NCBI GenBank assembly: GCA_003280965.1
Contig: QCDI01000001.1
Location: forward strand, 64,001 to 128,000
Direction of reading: 5' to 3'
DNA from: Prochlorococcus sp. AG-355-B18
Lineage (GTDB): Bacteria; Cyanobacteriota; Cyanobacteriia; PCC-6307; Cyanobiaceae
Length of the DNA: 64,000 nucleotides
Shown: positions 39,508 to 48,620 of the stretch, one piece after another
How the letters are laid out: every line of letters begins with the position of its first letter
Position numbering within the stretch: the first letter of the stretch is position 1
The notes under the pieces: model-generated
Seen by the model: the letters and a program-made list of their open reading frames with translations, nothing else
Told to the model about the DNA's origin: nothing
The model's database searches: none
Translations under genes and position numbers: made by a program

Positions 39508-40834
39508 GTCTTCTATAGATAGAAGTCTTTTCAGTTTTAGTTGTATCATCTAATTCAAACCTAGCTCTCTCTCCTTTTATCCATCCTAATTGTTGAAGTC
39601 TGGTTGCTATTGCTCTTGTATATTTAGCGTCTTTAGTCTTTTGTTGTATCTCGCTATGAATTAATCCTTCATTTAATAATTTAACTACAACTCTTATACA
39701 AATATCATCCCTTTTATAGTTATCCAATGCTTCTTCCATCTCTTCTAGTAATGGGTCATGGGCGGCAAATTGCATGGCCTGATTATTAAGGTCAACTATC
39801 TCTTTCTTGTCATACCACCATCTAACTCCATCTAAATAGTCATTCTTGGCTGAAGCAAATATCTGGTCTCTATGTTCTTGTACCCATTCAGCATTAATCT
39901 TATTGGCACTTATTATTGGAAACCTTCTATTCCCCGTAGGGTCTTTTATAAAGTTTCTTTTATTAGTAGTACCTACGAGAATACACTTTCTATCTTTAAG
40001 AGAGTTGGTCTTTTCATGGGGGTATCTAAAATTATCCTTTTGCTCAGACATAAAGTGCTTAATATTCTCTGAGCTTTGCATACCCATAATGCGATCTATT
40101 TCTCCCCAGTTATGAAACCAAGCAGAGTGCAGGGTAATTAATGTGTCCTTATGATTATTACCACCTATGCTCCCTAGACTTGAGCAATACCATTCTCCTC
40201 CTAATGCTTCCCAGATAGCTTCCTTACCTTCTCCCTGTGAGTCAGTTTGGAGTATTAATGCTGTATCTACCTTGCATGGCTGCTTATAAGTACGAGCTAC
40301 AGCAGCAATCATTTGTCTCTGGAAATGTACTGAATGTTGAGGGTTTTTACTGCCGAAGATATGGAAGGCAATATTATTCCAGGTGTCTTCAGGTAATGGG
40401 TCATTACATCCATTTAGATAGTGTTCTACTGGGTTATATTTATTTCTTTCAGAGAGTAATACAACTACATTCCTCGCATTATTTTCTTTAATATCTAAGC
40501 GATTTTTTTCGGCTAGTTCAAGATAAAAGGTACTTAAGAAGTTACCTGAGATGGGCTTACCATTTAACTCTATCTTTCCAGTAATAGTATTCAGTTTGAA
40601 ATCGTATATATCCCCAATAATTTGAACCAACTTATCTTTTCTTGGTCGGATAAGGCTTTCAACTGCAACTTCTCCTTTTGGCCTTTTCTGTGGTTTGGTT
40701 GTTGGTTTTTCTTCAACAACCTCCGCATCTACCTTCTCAATAAAACTTTCTGTTGCTGTTGGTTCTTTAGAAACAATCTGAGCATCAAACTTTCTTAAAA
40801 AGGGTTCTAAATTTGGGTTATTCAAGTTACTCAT
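39473..40834 (-). CDS. VapE/VirE-family helicase-like protein
   Basis: YNPVEHYL, QGEGK, ILVGTTN, DPTGNRRF, RDQIFA...WW. Confidence 0.88.
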   Translation of the reverse strand: MSNLNNPNLEPFLRKFDAQIVSKEPTATESFIEKVDAEVVEEKPTTKPQKRPKGEVAVESLIRPRKDKLVQIIGDIYDFKLNTITGKIELNGKPISGNFLSTFYLELAEKNRLDIKENNARNVVVLLSERNKYNPVEHYLNGCNDPLPEDTWNNIAFHIFGSKNPQHSVHFQRQMIAAVARTYKQPCKVDTALILQTDSQGEGKEAIWEALGGEWYCSSLGSIGGNNHKDTLITLHSAWFHNWGEIDRIMGMQSSENIKHFMSEQKDNFRYPHEKTNSLKDRKCILVGTTNKRNFIKDPTGNRRFPIISANKINAEWVQEHRDQIFASAKNDYLDGVRWWYDKKEIVDLNNQAMQFAAHDPLLEEMEEALDNYKRDDICIRVVVKLLNEGLIHSEIQQKTKDAKYTRAIATRLQQLGWIKGERARFELDDTTKTEKTSIYRRLPQTATDNATD

Positions 40835-41850
40835 TTTGATTTAGGTCTCCAACCATGTTGTTGAGCTATACGGATAAAAGTGCCTGCCTTTATATGCCCC
40901 TTCCTTGATCTGACTACTTGTTCTACATTCCATCCACTTACTTCACCACTTGGGCTATGAGCTTCTAATAGTTGTATGGCATCAGATTCTGAATAACCCA
41001 TATCAATTAACAGTTCAGTAAAACCCCAAGCCATATTTCTATATTCCTCATAAGTGTTATTTCCTTGAACCCTTGGAGGAATATGATCTAAAGCAACTAT
41101 TATTTCTTCAATTTTCCAATCACTTTGAACTACTTTTGGTTTATTAGGTTTTATTTCTAAAGGTTCAGGTTTTTCTGGTTCTGGTAAACAATCCTCTATA
41201 TCTTTATAGGAATATTCTTTTTGAGTGACGTTGATTAACCTAACTCGTTCTGTATGTTTGCCTTGTTTATTGACGTAATAAAACCCAGGTAAACGCATAA
41301 CCCTAGAAGGGTTTTTAATCATTGGGTCTGACTTGGTGTAATCAACAAGACGTTTCTGAATAGGCTTCCAGATTAGTTGTGATACAGGCTTTTTAAGTAC
41401 CAAATAACTATGAATACTGTTACCTGTTTCGACTTGGAAGGTAGGTTCTGGAAGATTTAATTCCTTCCATTTATAGACTTGTTCTTTTTTTGGAATATCA
41501 TCCCATTCAAAAAAGAAAGCACGACATAGAGTAATTTCAATGTCTTTTGTACCACCATCATTAACGACAAAGTAAATTCCCCTTCCTTCTAAATGAGCAT
41601 TAATAATTGGATCCCAATTTATGTAAATGCCATGACCATTAGGCTTATACTTTGGAAATTTAAATTCTCTGGCTGATAAGCCACCACCTTTATAGGTAAT
41701 GGCTCTCAACTCTGTATCTTCACAATTTTTATGGAGCAATTCCTCTAAAAAGAAAGAAGCGTAATTAAATGCTCCTCCTTTTAGAGTTCTAGCTAGAATA
41801 GTTTTAGAAGTAACTGAACTAGCCCGCCCCGAAAAGGCGGGTTTTTTCAT
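40831..41850 (-). CDS. RepB-type primase with PriCT-2-like C-terminal domain
   Basis: FFFEWDD, PTFQVETGNSIHSY, KNPSRVMRLPG; NTYEEYRN...GTF...A...GW. Confidence 0.82.
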   Translation of the reverse strand: MKKPAFSGRASSVTSKTILARTLKGGAFNYASFFLEELLHKNCEDTELRAITYKGGGLSAREFKFPKYKPNGHGIYINWDPIINAHLEGRGIYFVVNDGGTKDIEITLCRAFFFEWDDIPKKEQVYKWKELNLPEPTFQVETGNSIHSYLVLKKPVSQLIWKPIQKRLVDYTKSDPMIKNPSRVMRLPGFYYVNKQGKHTERVRLINVTQKEYSYKDIEDCLPEPEKPEPLEIKPNKPKVVQSDWKIEEIIVALDHIPPRVQGNNTYEEYRNMAWGFTELLIDMGYSESDAIQLLEAHSPSGEVSGWNVEQVVRSRKGHIKAGTFIRIAQQHGWRPKSK

Positions 41851-42107
41851 GCAGAAGCAACCTCCTTTTTGTTTTTAAAAGGTGCTGTTTCCATAGACTT
41901 TGCTCTTGCACTTGCAAGCCTATTTAAGACTTCATCGCAATTTTCAAGGTCATATAAGGTGTGACTATTTGGGTTTTGTGGAATTTTTCTTCTCCAACAA
42001 GTGCCCTCAATAAGCAAACCTTTATTTCTCATGGTTAGTAAGGTTCGTTCTGAGATACCTAACCAATCTGAAGCCACTTTTTGAGTGACCATTTTTTTCG
42101 CAGCCAT
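41847..42107 (-). CDS. Excisionase/AlpA-like HTH protein
   Basis: VASDWLGISERTLLTMR...GTCWRR. Confidence 0.75.
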   Translation of the reverse strand: MAAKKMVTQKVASDWLGISERTLLTMRNKGLLIEGTCWRRKIPQNPNSHTLYDLENCDEVLNRLASARAKSMETAPFKNKKEVASA

Positions 42108-42125
42108 TTTATGTGGTGGCTAAAT

Positions 42126-42341
42126 CTATTTCTCTATATTTCGTAAGTGACGAGGTATTGCAGTTTCATGCTTTTCCTCAATCAAGCCTTTCTCTCTGGC
42201 ATCTAAATAAGCATCTGCTAGTTCTTGGGTTCTTCCTCTATTGAACTTTGCAGTAGTATCAATAGTTGCTGTATATGCCTTTTTTGGAAGGCGTACAACA
42301 TGACCATTAACCTTTAGATATTTATCAGATTTCTTACTCAT
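42126..42341 (-). CDS. Hypothetical protein
   Basis: First ORF of the xis-primase-helicase operon. Confidence 0.6.
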   Translation of the reverse strand: MSKKSDKYLKVNGHVVRLPKKAYTATIDTTAKFNRGRTQELADAYLDAREKGLIEEKHETAIPRHLRNIEK

Positions 42342-42505
42342 ATTTTAAATAGGGGAGACAATTTCAAACCAATTTCTTGGTTTTAGTTATCCCATGCTCC
42401 CCTTACATTTCTTCAGGGTAGTCCAAGCTAGAGAGGGCTTGGCGACTCTTTCAAAATAGGCGGCGTTTACCTGACCTAAAGTCCAGAATCGAATAATTAC
42501 TATTT

Positions 42506-42543
42506 ACTATAAGGGTAAATTGTGAATGTGCAAGACAATTCAC
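42506..42543 (-). promoter_or_regulatory. Sigma-70 promoter with overlapping inverted repeat
   Basis: TTGCAC-16 nt-TATAGT; GTGAAT-N10-ATTCAC straddles the -35. Confidence 0.55.
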
Positions 42544-42692
42544 GAAATTAATTTTCCTAGTCCCCAACTGGGATATCGAATATCTACAAGTATCAACGCG
42601 AATTAACGCAAAGCTACGCAAATGACATAATTATGACATAAATGCAAATATGTCATATTCTCTAAATACCCCAGACTCATTGCTACAACTGA

Positions 42693-42766
42693 TCGGGGCG
42701 ACAGGATTCGAACCTGCGACCTAGTGCTCCCAAAGCACCCGCGCTACCAAGCTGCGCCACGCCCCG
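42693..42766 (-). tRNA. trnP: tRNA-Pro(UGG)
   Basis: CGGGGCGTGGCGCAGCTTGGTAGCGCGGGTGCTT-TGG-GAGCACTAGGTCGCAGGTTCGAATCCTGTCGCCCCGA. Confidence 0.98.
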
Positions 42767-43004
42767 CTTATAAGATCTTAGTTCATAAGAGACATCTATA
42801 AAAGACCAAATTCCTAAATTTTTTATAAAAAATCATTTTTGAGGTTAGAAAATGAATTTTTCACTATTTTTTACTAGAGATATTGATGTTTGTAACAAGA
42901 AATAAGATGTATAACTTCGTCTACACCTTTATGGGGAAATTGCTCAAGTCTAAATTGTATTAATTCACTCTTTTTATTTGATAATTTAAACTATATTTGT
43001 TCAA

Positions 43005-43658
43005 TTGTATTTTTTAATGATTAAAAGAATTCTTAAACCGCTTGAGATTTATATCCTCTCTGTAGCTTTCTTCTTCTCCGTCTCTTTCGACAGAAATTTA
43101 AATCTTGAAGATGTTGAAGAATCACCAGTTAAAAAACTTTTGGTAAATATTCATTTAATTTTGGATTCATTTACTAACTATGAACATCCACTTGGAGCTT
43201 TGTTTTTGATTTTCATCCTTGGATTAATTATTTGGGGACTTTTAGGTAAAGAATCAAGGCTGGCAAGTGATATTTATGGAATTATTTTGAGCTTTGCATG
43301 GTTTTTGGAACTTGTATCGATGAATTTGCTTTTAGTGTCTCCCCTAAAAGACCCTGTTTTACTTTTGGTTGAATTAGTTCTATTTGTACCAATAGTATTA
43401 ATTGGCTTTTCATGGTGGTATTGGAGACTAAATCATCAATCAAGAATAGGAAAAGGTAGGGAAGCAATTACTTTTGATAAAAAGCCTACTCCTTTTAGTT
43501 ATTTTGCAAAAACTGCATCTATTGTTGTAAGTGATACTACAGAGCACGGTGTTTGTGAAACAGATGTTGCGCGATTGATTCGAATTCTTAATGGCTTTGT
43601 TGTGTTAGATATTTTTGGATTAGCTCTTTCTAGAGCAGTAGGACTAGTTATTGCCTAA
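43005..43658 (+). CDS. Hypothetical membrane protein
   Basis: Multiple TM helices; likely start 43017. Confidence 0.75.
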   Translation: MYFLMIKRILKPLEIYILSVAFFFSVSFDRNLNLEDVEESPVKKLLVNIHLILDSFTNYEHPLGALFLIFILGLIIWGLLGKESRLASDIYGIILSFAWFLELVSMNLLLVSPLKDPVLLLVELVLFVPIVLIGFSWWYWRLNHQSRIGKGREAITFDKKPTPFSYFAKTASIVVSDTTEHGVCETDVARLIRILNGFVVLDIFGLALSRAVGLVIA

Positions 43659-43761
43659 ATAATGATCTTTAGTTTTAATTTTTATCACCCTATGGAAATA
43701 TCTGAGTAATAAACTCTTTAGAAGAATTATTATCAAAAATAATGTTTGAATATTGAAGAGT

Positions 43762-44274
43762 ATGGAAAAATTAGAGAGTTTGATTAAGACATATTATGAT
43801 TTTCCCAAAAAAGGCATAGCTTTCAAAGACATCCTTGGAATAATTCAAGATCCTGAGGTTTTTAGGGAATTAATATTTAAAATGTCATCCAATCATGTAA
43901 TAAAAAACTCTGAAGCGATTATCTCAATAGAGGCAAGAGGTTTTATTTTTGGATCAGCAATATCCCTTCAAGCATGCAAACCTATGATTGTTGCAAGAAA
44001 GCCAGGAAAGCTTCCTGGTGAACTCATTCAAGAAAACTATAATTTGGAGTATGGAAAAAGTTCTTTATCAATACAAAAGGGAGCTCTTGAAAAATTTAAT
44101 TCTTTCGCAATTGTTGATGACCTTTTGGCAACTGGAGGAACTATTAAGTGCGTAGATAATTTAATTAAGAAGAGTGGTAAGGGAGTATACGGCTGTATAA
44201 CAGTTGTTGAACTTTTAGATCTTAAAGGAAGGGATAAATTTAAATTTCCTGTTGAATCGATAATTAAAGTTTAA
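43762..44274 (+). CDS. apt: Adenine phosphoribosyltransferase
   Basis: DFPKKGIAFKDI, EARGF, RKPGKLPG, VDDLLATGGT. Confidence 0.95.
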   Translation: MEKLESLIKTYYDFPKKGIAFKDILGIIQDPEVFRELIFKMSSNHVIKNSEAIISIEARGFIFGSAISLQACKPMIVARKPGKLPGELIQENYNLEYGKSSLSIQKGALEKFNSFAIVDDLLATGGTIKCVDNLIKKSGKGVYGCITVVELLDLKGRDKFKFPVESIIKV

Positions 44275-44344
44275 ACTAGAAGATCAAAATTTATAATTAG
44301 AAATAGTATTAGATGGTAAGCAATTGATATGATTTTTTATACTA

Positions 44345-44449
44345 TTAAATTAAACCCATAGACCCAGCTGTGAAACCAACTATCAAAAAAAATGCAAATT
44401 CTGTTAGATCTCTAGGCAGAGAGTTAACAATAAGACTTAATTGAGTCAT
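44345..44449 (-). CDS. Small membrane protein (34 aa)
   Basis: MTQLSLIVNSLPRDLTEFAFFLIVGFTAGSMGLI; GAGGAG upstream. Confidence 0.55.
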   Translation of the reverse strand: MTQLSLIVNSLPRDLTEFAFFLIVGFTAGSMGLI

Positions 44450-44869
44450 TTTACCTTGTGCTCCTCAGGTTTATTAATTTTTAAAAATATAACTAAGAAA
44501 TTTTTTTATTGAGATGAAATCTTGTATTCTTTTCTTTTTCTAAAGATTTAAATGTTAAATCCAAAAAAATTGTTGAGTCGAAAATTTAATATCGCTATTT
44601 TTTGCTATATTGATTTCAATTAATAATATCTAGATGGAATATAAAAAAAAATCGCTATCAAATTTTGATATAAAAAGAGATTATGAAGAGATAGATACAA
44701 GATTAGCTTCTGGCTGGTACGTAGATGATATTAATACCCCAAAAAAGAAAATTTATAAAACAAAGCAAACGTCATTCAAAATTTCTAAAAAGTTAAACTC
44801 ATAAAATTAACTTTTAAAATTTGAGTTTAATAATTCATCAATACATTTTCAGCGTGTTAATTTTTTTTA

Positions 44870-47038
44870 TTAGTATCTAAAATAAACTTTCCATTTATGA
44901 AGATATTGATTTGAATTTTTAAAATATTTCTCATAATTTTTCCATTTTTCAATTGATGACTTGTAAAGTGGCTGTACAACTTGTGAAGAAGAAGGAGTAT
45001 TTATTTTTCCTCTTTTGTGAGCAGTATTTCTATAATTTTTAATATTTTCGTCCCAACTAATATTTAAGAAATCCAAAATTTTTAAAATATGCTTATCAAA
45101 GTCCACTATCAAATCTTCGTATTTAGATGTAATAAAGTTCATTTTTAAATTTTTCCTGTAGTCCAACCAAATACTCATTGTCATATCATAAATGAACGAA
45201 GCCGACTCTATACTTCGGAAGTTAGACATTGCATTGTTTGGCTCAAATGCTTGTTGAAAGCATGACAAGACAGTATCGTATGGGTTTCTATGCGTAAAAA
45301 TTATTTTTGAATTTGGAAATAATAAATTTATGAGGGGTAAGCAGACAGTTTGAAATGGAAATTTATCTATTAATATTTTTGCTTTTTTATTATCACAATT
45401 ATTCTTTAATATTTTCAAATAGTGATTCCTTAAAATTTCTAAATCCTTTTTATTAAGTTTATGTAGTTCGTCAAGAGAATATTTGAATTTTGATTTGATG
45501 ACTTGCTCTACTGAATTAATTAATGGTTTTTCTTCTACAACATCAATTTCTGGATGACTTCTTAAAATAGTATCCAATAATGTAGTGCCTGATCTTGGAA
45601 ATCCTATTAAAAATACTGGCGAGAATTCATTCTCCTCTGATGAATTGTTTTCTACAACAAAATTTTTATTATCTAAATTTTTTCTGTAAGTATGAATGTA
45701 ATTTTGAAAGACCTTAGGATTGAAATTTTCATATTTTAGATTTAGTTGACTGTTCTCAAAACATTTAAAGGCTTCATCATAATTTCCAACTTTTTCTTCA
45801 ATAAATGCTTTATAAGACCAATAAAGGAGATTTGTTTGATGATCAGTATCATTTATCCATTCATCAGAAACTTGGTCAATTGATTTTTTTGCTTTGAGGT
45901 AATCTTTTTCTCTAAAACATATTCTCGCTAGAAACAATAATTTTTCATTAATAATGCTTTTATTTTCCTTAAAAGTTTCTAACTTATTCTTTAATTTTTC
46001 TATATTGTTCGTTTTCTCATAAAGTCTAAAAAGATTTCTGTATGCATAACCGCAGTTTTCATTAATTTGAATTGCGGTAAGAAATAATTCTTCTGCCTCC
46101 AATAACTTATCGAGATCAATTTTAATTGATCCCAAATTAACATAGGCTAACTCAAATTTAGGATTGCAATTTATAGCTTTTTCAATAAATTTTTCTGCCT
46201 CAATAAGATTGCCCTGTTTTGAAAGAAGAGAACCTAGATTGTCATAAGCTTGAAAAAAATCTGATTTTAGTTCAATAGCTTTTCGATAATAGAGTTCAGC
46301 TTCCTTATTTTTATTTTTCTTAGATAAGATAATTCCTAAATTATTTAGCACCATTGGTGAATTTGGATTTATTTTCAGTGCTTTTTTTAGAAATTTTTCT
46401 CCTTCATCAATTTTTCCCAATTCATTTAAAACTGCACCTAAATTGACTAGAGCAGAAATATGTTTGGGATTAATTTCAAGAGCATCTCTTAAGAATCTCT
46501 CGGCTTGCTTAGGATTCCCTAAATCTTTTAATACACAGGCTAAATTGACTAAAGTATTAGTATCTTTTGGACTGATTTCAAGACTCTTCCTCAAAAAGAA
46601 TTCTGCTTTCTCGAAATTGCCTTCTCCTACGAATATTCCAGCTATGTTTGTATGAGGCTTCAAATACTTAGGATTTAACTCAATAACTTTATTCAAAATC
46701 TTTTTAGCAACATCACTTTTCCCCTTAATAACCATTACGTTGGCTAGGTTGATATATGCCTCTAGGCTGTTTGGGAATTTTTTAATTGATTCATCAAATA
46801 ATAATATTGCTTTATCAAACTGCTTTAAATTTGAATAAATACTACCAAGATTATTAAATACCCTAGGATCATAAATTTTATTTTTAATTAAAAAATTATA
46901 TATATCTGCTGCTTGTTTAATTTTTCCACTTGAATGTAATGAAAAAGCATTGGATATTACTTTATCTCTTTGAAAAGTCCTGATTAATTTTTCTTCTGAC
47001 TTTTTAGTCTTTCTTTCATTACTCCCAAATCCACTCAT
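44870..47038 (-). CDS. TPR-containing sulfotransferase family protein
   Basis: Many TPRs; FLIGFPRSGTTLL PAPS loop; RNPYD. Confidence 0.9.
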   Translation of the reverse strand: MSGFGSNERKTKKSEEKLIRTFQRDKVISNAFSLHSSGKIKQAADIYNFLIKNKIYDPRVFNNLGSIYSNLKQFDKAILLFDESIKKFPNSLEAYINLANVMVIKGKSDVAKKILNKVIELNPKYLKPHTNIAGIFVGEGNFEKAEFFLRKSLEISPKDTNTLVNLACVLKDLGNPKQAERFLRDALEINPKHISALVNLGAVLNELGKIDEGEKFLKKALKINPNSPMVLNNLGIILSKKNKNKEAELYYRKAIELKSDFFQAYDNLGSLLSKQGNLIEAEKFIEKAINCNPKFELAYVNLGSIKIDLDKLLEAEELFLTAIQINENCGYAYRNLFRLYEKTNNIEKLKNKLETFKENKSIINEKLLFLARICFREKDYLKAKKSIDQVSDEWINDTDHQTNLLYWSYKAFIEEKVGNYDEAFKCFENSQLNLKYENFNPKVFQNYIHTYRKNLDNKNFVVENNSSEENEFSPVFLIGFPRSGTTLLDTILRSHPEIDVVEEKPLINSVEQVIKSKFKYSLDELHKLNKKDLEILRNHYLKILKNNCDNKKAKILIDKFPFQTVCLPLINLLFPNSKIIFTHRNPYDTVLSCFQQAFEPNNAMSNFRSIESASFIYDMTMSIWLDYRKNLKMNFITSKYEDLIVDFDKHILKILDFLNISWDENIKNYRNTAHKRGKINTPSSSQVVQPLYKSSIEKWKNYEKYFKNSNQYLHKWKVYFRY

Positions 47039-47314
47039 TTATTTAGAATTTGATAATTTACAGCTTGCTTTAGAAATTAATTTATATTGGAATTAACAAA
47101 AATGTTACCTAGCAATCAATATTTCTTGTGAATTTCAACAATTTAATCAAAAAGTTTTTAGAAAAGGACACTAATATTACCGTCACATCTAGGTATGAAT
47201 TTCTGATTTTTTTTAATCTTTCTCCTCAAATGCCTTTTATACCAATAGATCTTATCTCCTTTACTTTGTTCTTCCTTAAAAAAGGATAGAAGAATTAAGA
47301 ACTTTAAACAAAAA

Positions 47315-47328
47315 GTAGCGGTTGATAC
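47315..47328 (+). promoter_or_regulatory. NtcA-type site
   Basis: GTAGCGGTTGATAC (GTA-N8-TAC) upstream of the porin. Confidence 0.6.
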
Positions 47329-47391
47329 TTGAAAATAGTTTAATTTTTACGTTATCTTAAGGTGTCCTTTAAATTTCGTGTGAGGAAATTT

Positions 47392-48480
47392 ATGAAGCTT
47401 TTCAAAAGCTTGCTCGTGGCTCCTGCAACATTAGGCTTACTTGCGCCTATGACTGCATCCGCTAACGAAGTAACTATTAATGATTTCAACGCTGCAGAAG
47501 AAATTGCAGTAACTAATAGCCGTATTGACGGTTTAGAAGCTAGATTCAATAATCTTGAAGCTGGTTCATTCTCTGAAACAACTACAGCATCATTCGGTGT
47601 TGATTTTGTTGTTGGTGCTGAAGACGGCGCAAAATCAGAGGCAACAGCATTTGGCTACCAAATGGGTATCGGTCTATCAACTAGTTTCACTGGTGATGAT
47701 TCTCTCGACGTAGCTATTGATATAGGTGATGGTTCTTCTGGCGCTTTAGCTTTTGACGATACTTCTGATGTGCTAACAGTTGACGGACTTACATATACAT
47801 TCCCAGTAGGTGGTGCAACAGTATTGGTTGGTGATTCAACTGACGTTAGTGCTTTATATACTGGAGCTTGTGCTTATAGTTCTTTCACTGATTACATGGG
47901 TAACTGTGGAACAGGAAGTACTGTTGGTGTAGGCGGTAGTGGTGTTACTGCTGCAATGTCATATGCATTTGATAGCGGATTCTCACTAGCTGCTGGTGTT
48001 TCTTCTCCTACATCTGAAATACTTGGTGCAGGTAAAATTTCAGCAACAACTGACGCAACAACTGGTGTAACAACCAATGGTCAAGATATCTACGGTATTG
48101 AAGCTGCTTACACTGCAGATTCTTACGGTGTATCAGTTGCTTATGCTGACTATGATTTAGGATCAACTGCATGGGGAATTAACGGCTACTACGCTTTTGA
48201 TGCTGTAACTTTAAGTGCAGGTGTTGAATCTGTAGATGATGGTGAAACAGCTGAAGGTTTCTTTGTTGGTCTAAGTTTCCCTGAAGTTGGACCTGGTTCT
48301 CTAGACCTAGGTATGGGAACAACAGGTAACTTCAAGGATGGAGCTACTGAGTACTACACATATGAAGCTTCATATGCTTATCCTCTAAATGATGGTGTAA
48401 CAATCACTCCTGGTGTTTACATCATAGAGGGTGCAACAGACGTTACTGGTGTAGCTCTAAAAACTTCATTTAGCTTCTAA
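47392..48480 (+). CDS. som: Outer-membrane porin (Som type)
   Basis: MKLFKSLLVAPA signal peptide, FSETTT motif, terminal TSFSF. Confidence 0.9.
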   Translation: MKLFKSLLVAPATLGLLAPMTASANEVTINDFNAAEEIAVTNSRIDGLEARFNNLEAGSFSETTTASFGVDFVVGAEDGAKSEATAFGYQMGIGLSTSFTGDDSLDVAIDIGDGSSGALAFDDTSDVLTVDGLTYTFPVGGATVLVGDSTDVSALYTGACAYSSFTDYMGNCGTGSTVGVGGSGVTAAMSYAFDSGFSLAAGVSSPTSEILGAGKISATTDATTGVTTNGQDIYGIEAAYTADSYGVSVAYADYDLGSTAWGINGYYAFDAVTLSAGVESVDDGETAEGFFVGLSFPEVGPGSLDLGMGTTGNFKDGATEYYTYEASYAYPLNDGVTITPGVYIIEGATDVTGVALKTSFSF

Positions 48481-48548
48481 TTAAATTAATTTAATTATTA
48501 ATTAAAACTACACACACAAAAGGCCTACCTTACTGGTAGGTCTTTTTT
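47568..48548 (+). repeat. ~980-bp direct repeat with 50731-51711
   Basis: Constant offset of 3163; identical translations; one mismatch seen, in the terminator. Confidence 0.9.
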
Positions 48549-48620
48549 TAGTTCAAAATCCATGGGGATAAAAAAGAATGTATCATTCATTTAATTGACA
48601 TCTTTTCTTTTGAATTATTA

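Larger units (their letters stand above)
4414..42692. other. Genomic island between ychF and tRNA-Pro
   Basis: Dense small hypothetical ORFs, paralog families, pseudogenes, integrase and tRNA 3' repeat; left boundary approximate. Confidence 0.8.
35108..42738. mobile_element. Integrative element (tycheposon / phage-satellite-like), ~7.6 kb, at tRNA-Pro(UGG)
   Basis: 46-bp direct repeats, tyrosine integrase, Xis, primase, VapE helicase, TerS-like gene. Confidence 0.92.

Noticed and set aside
35108..42738. Full prophage
   Set aside because: No recognisable capsid, portal, large terminase, tail or lysis genes in 7.6 kb
48478..48497. TAATTAAATTAATTTAATTA palindrome after the porin stop
   Set aside because: Low-complexity AT sequence, duplicated only as part of the porin repeat
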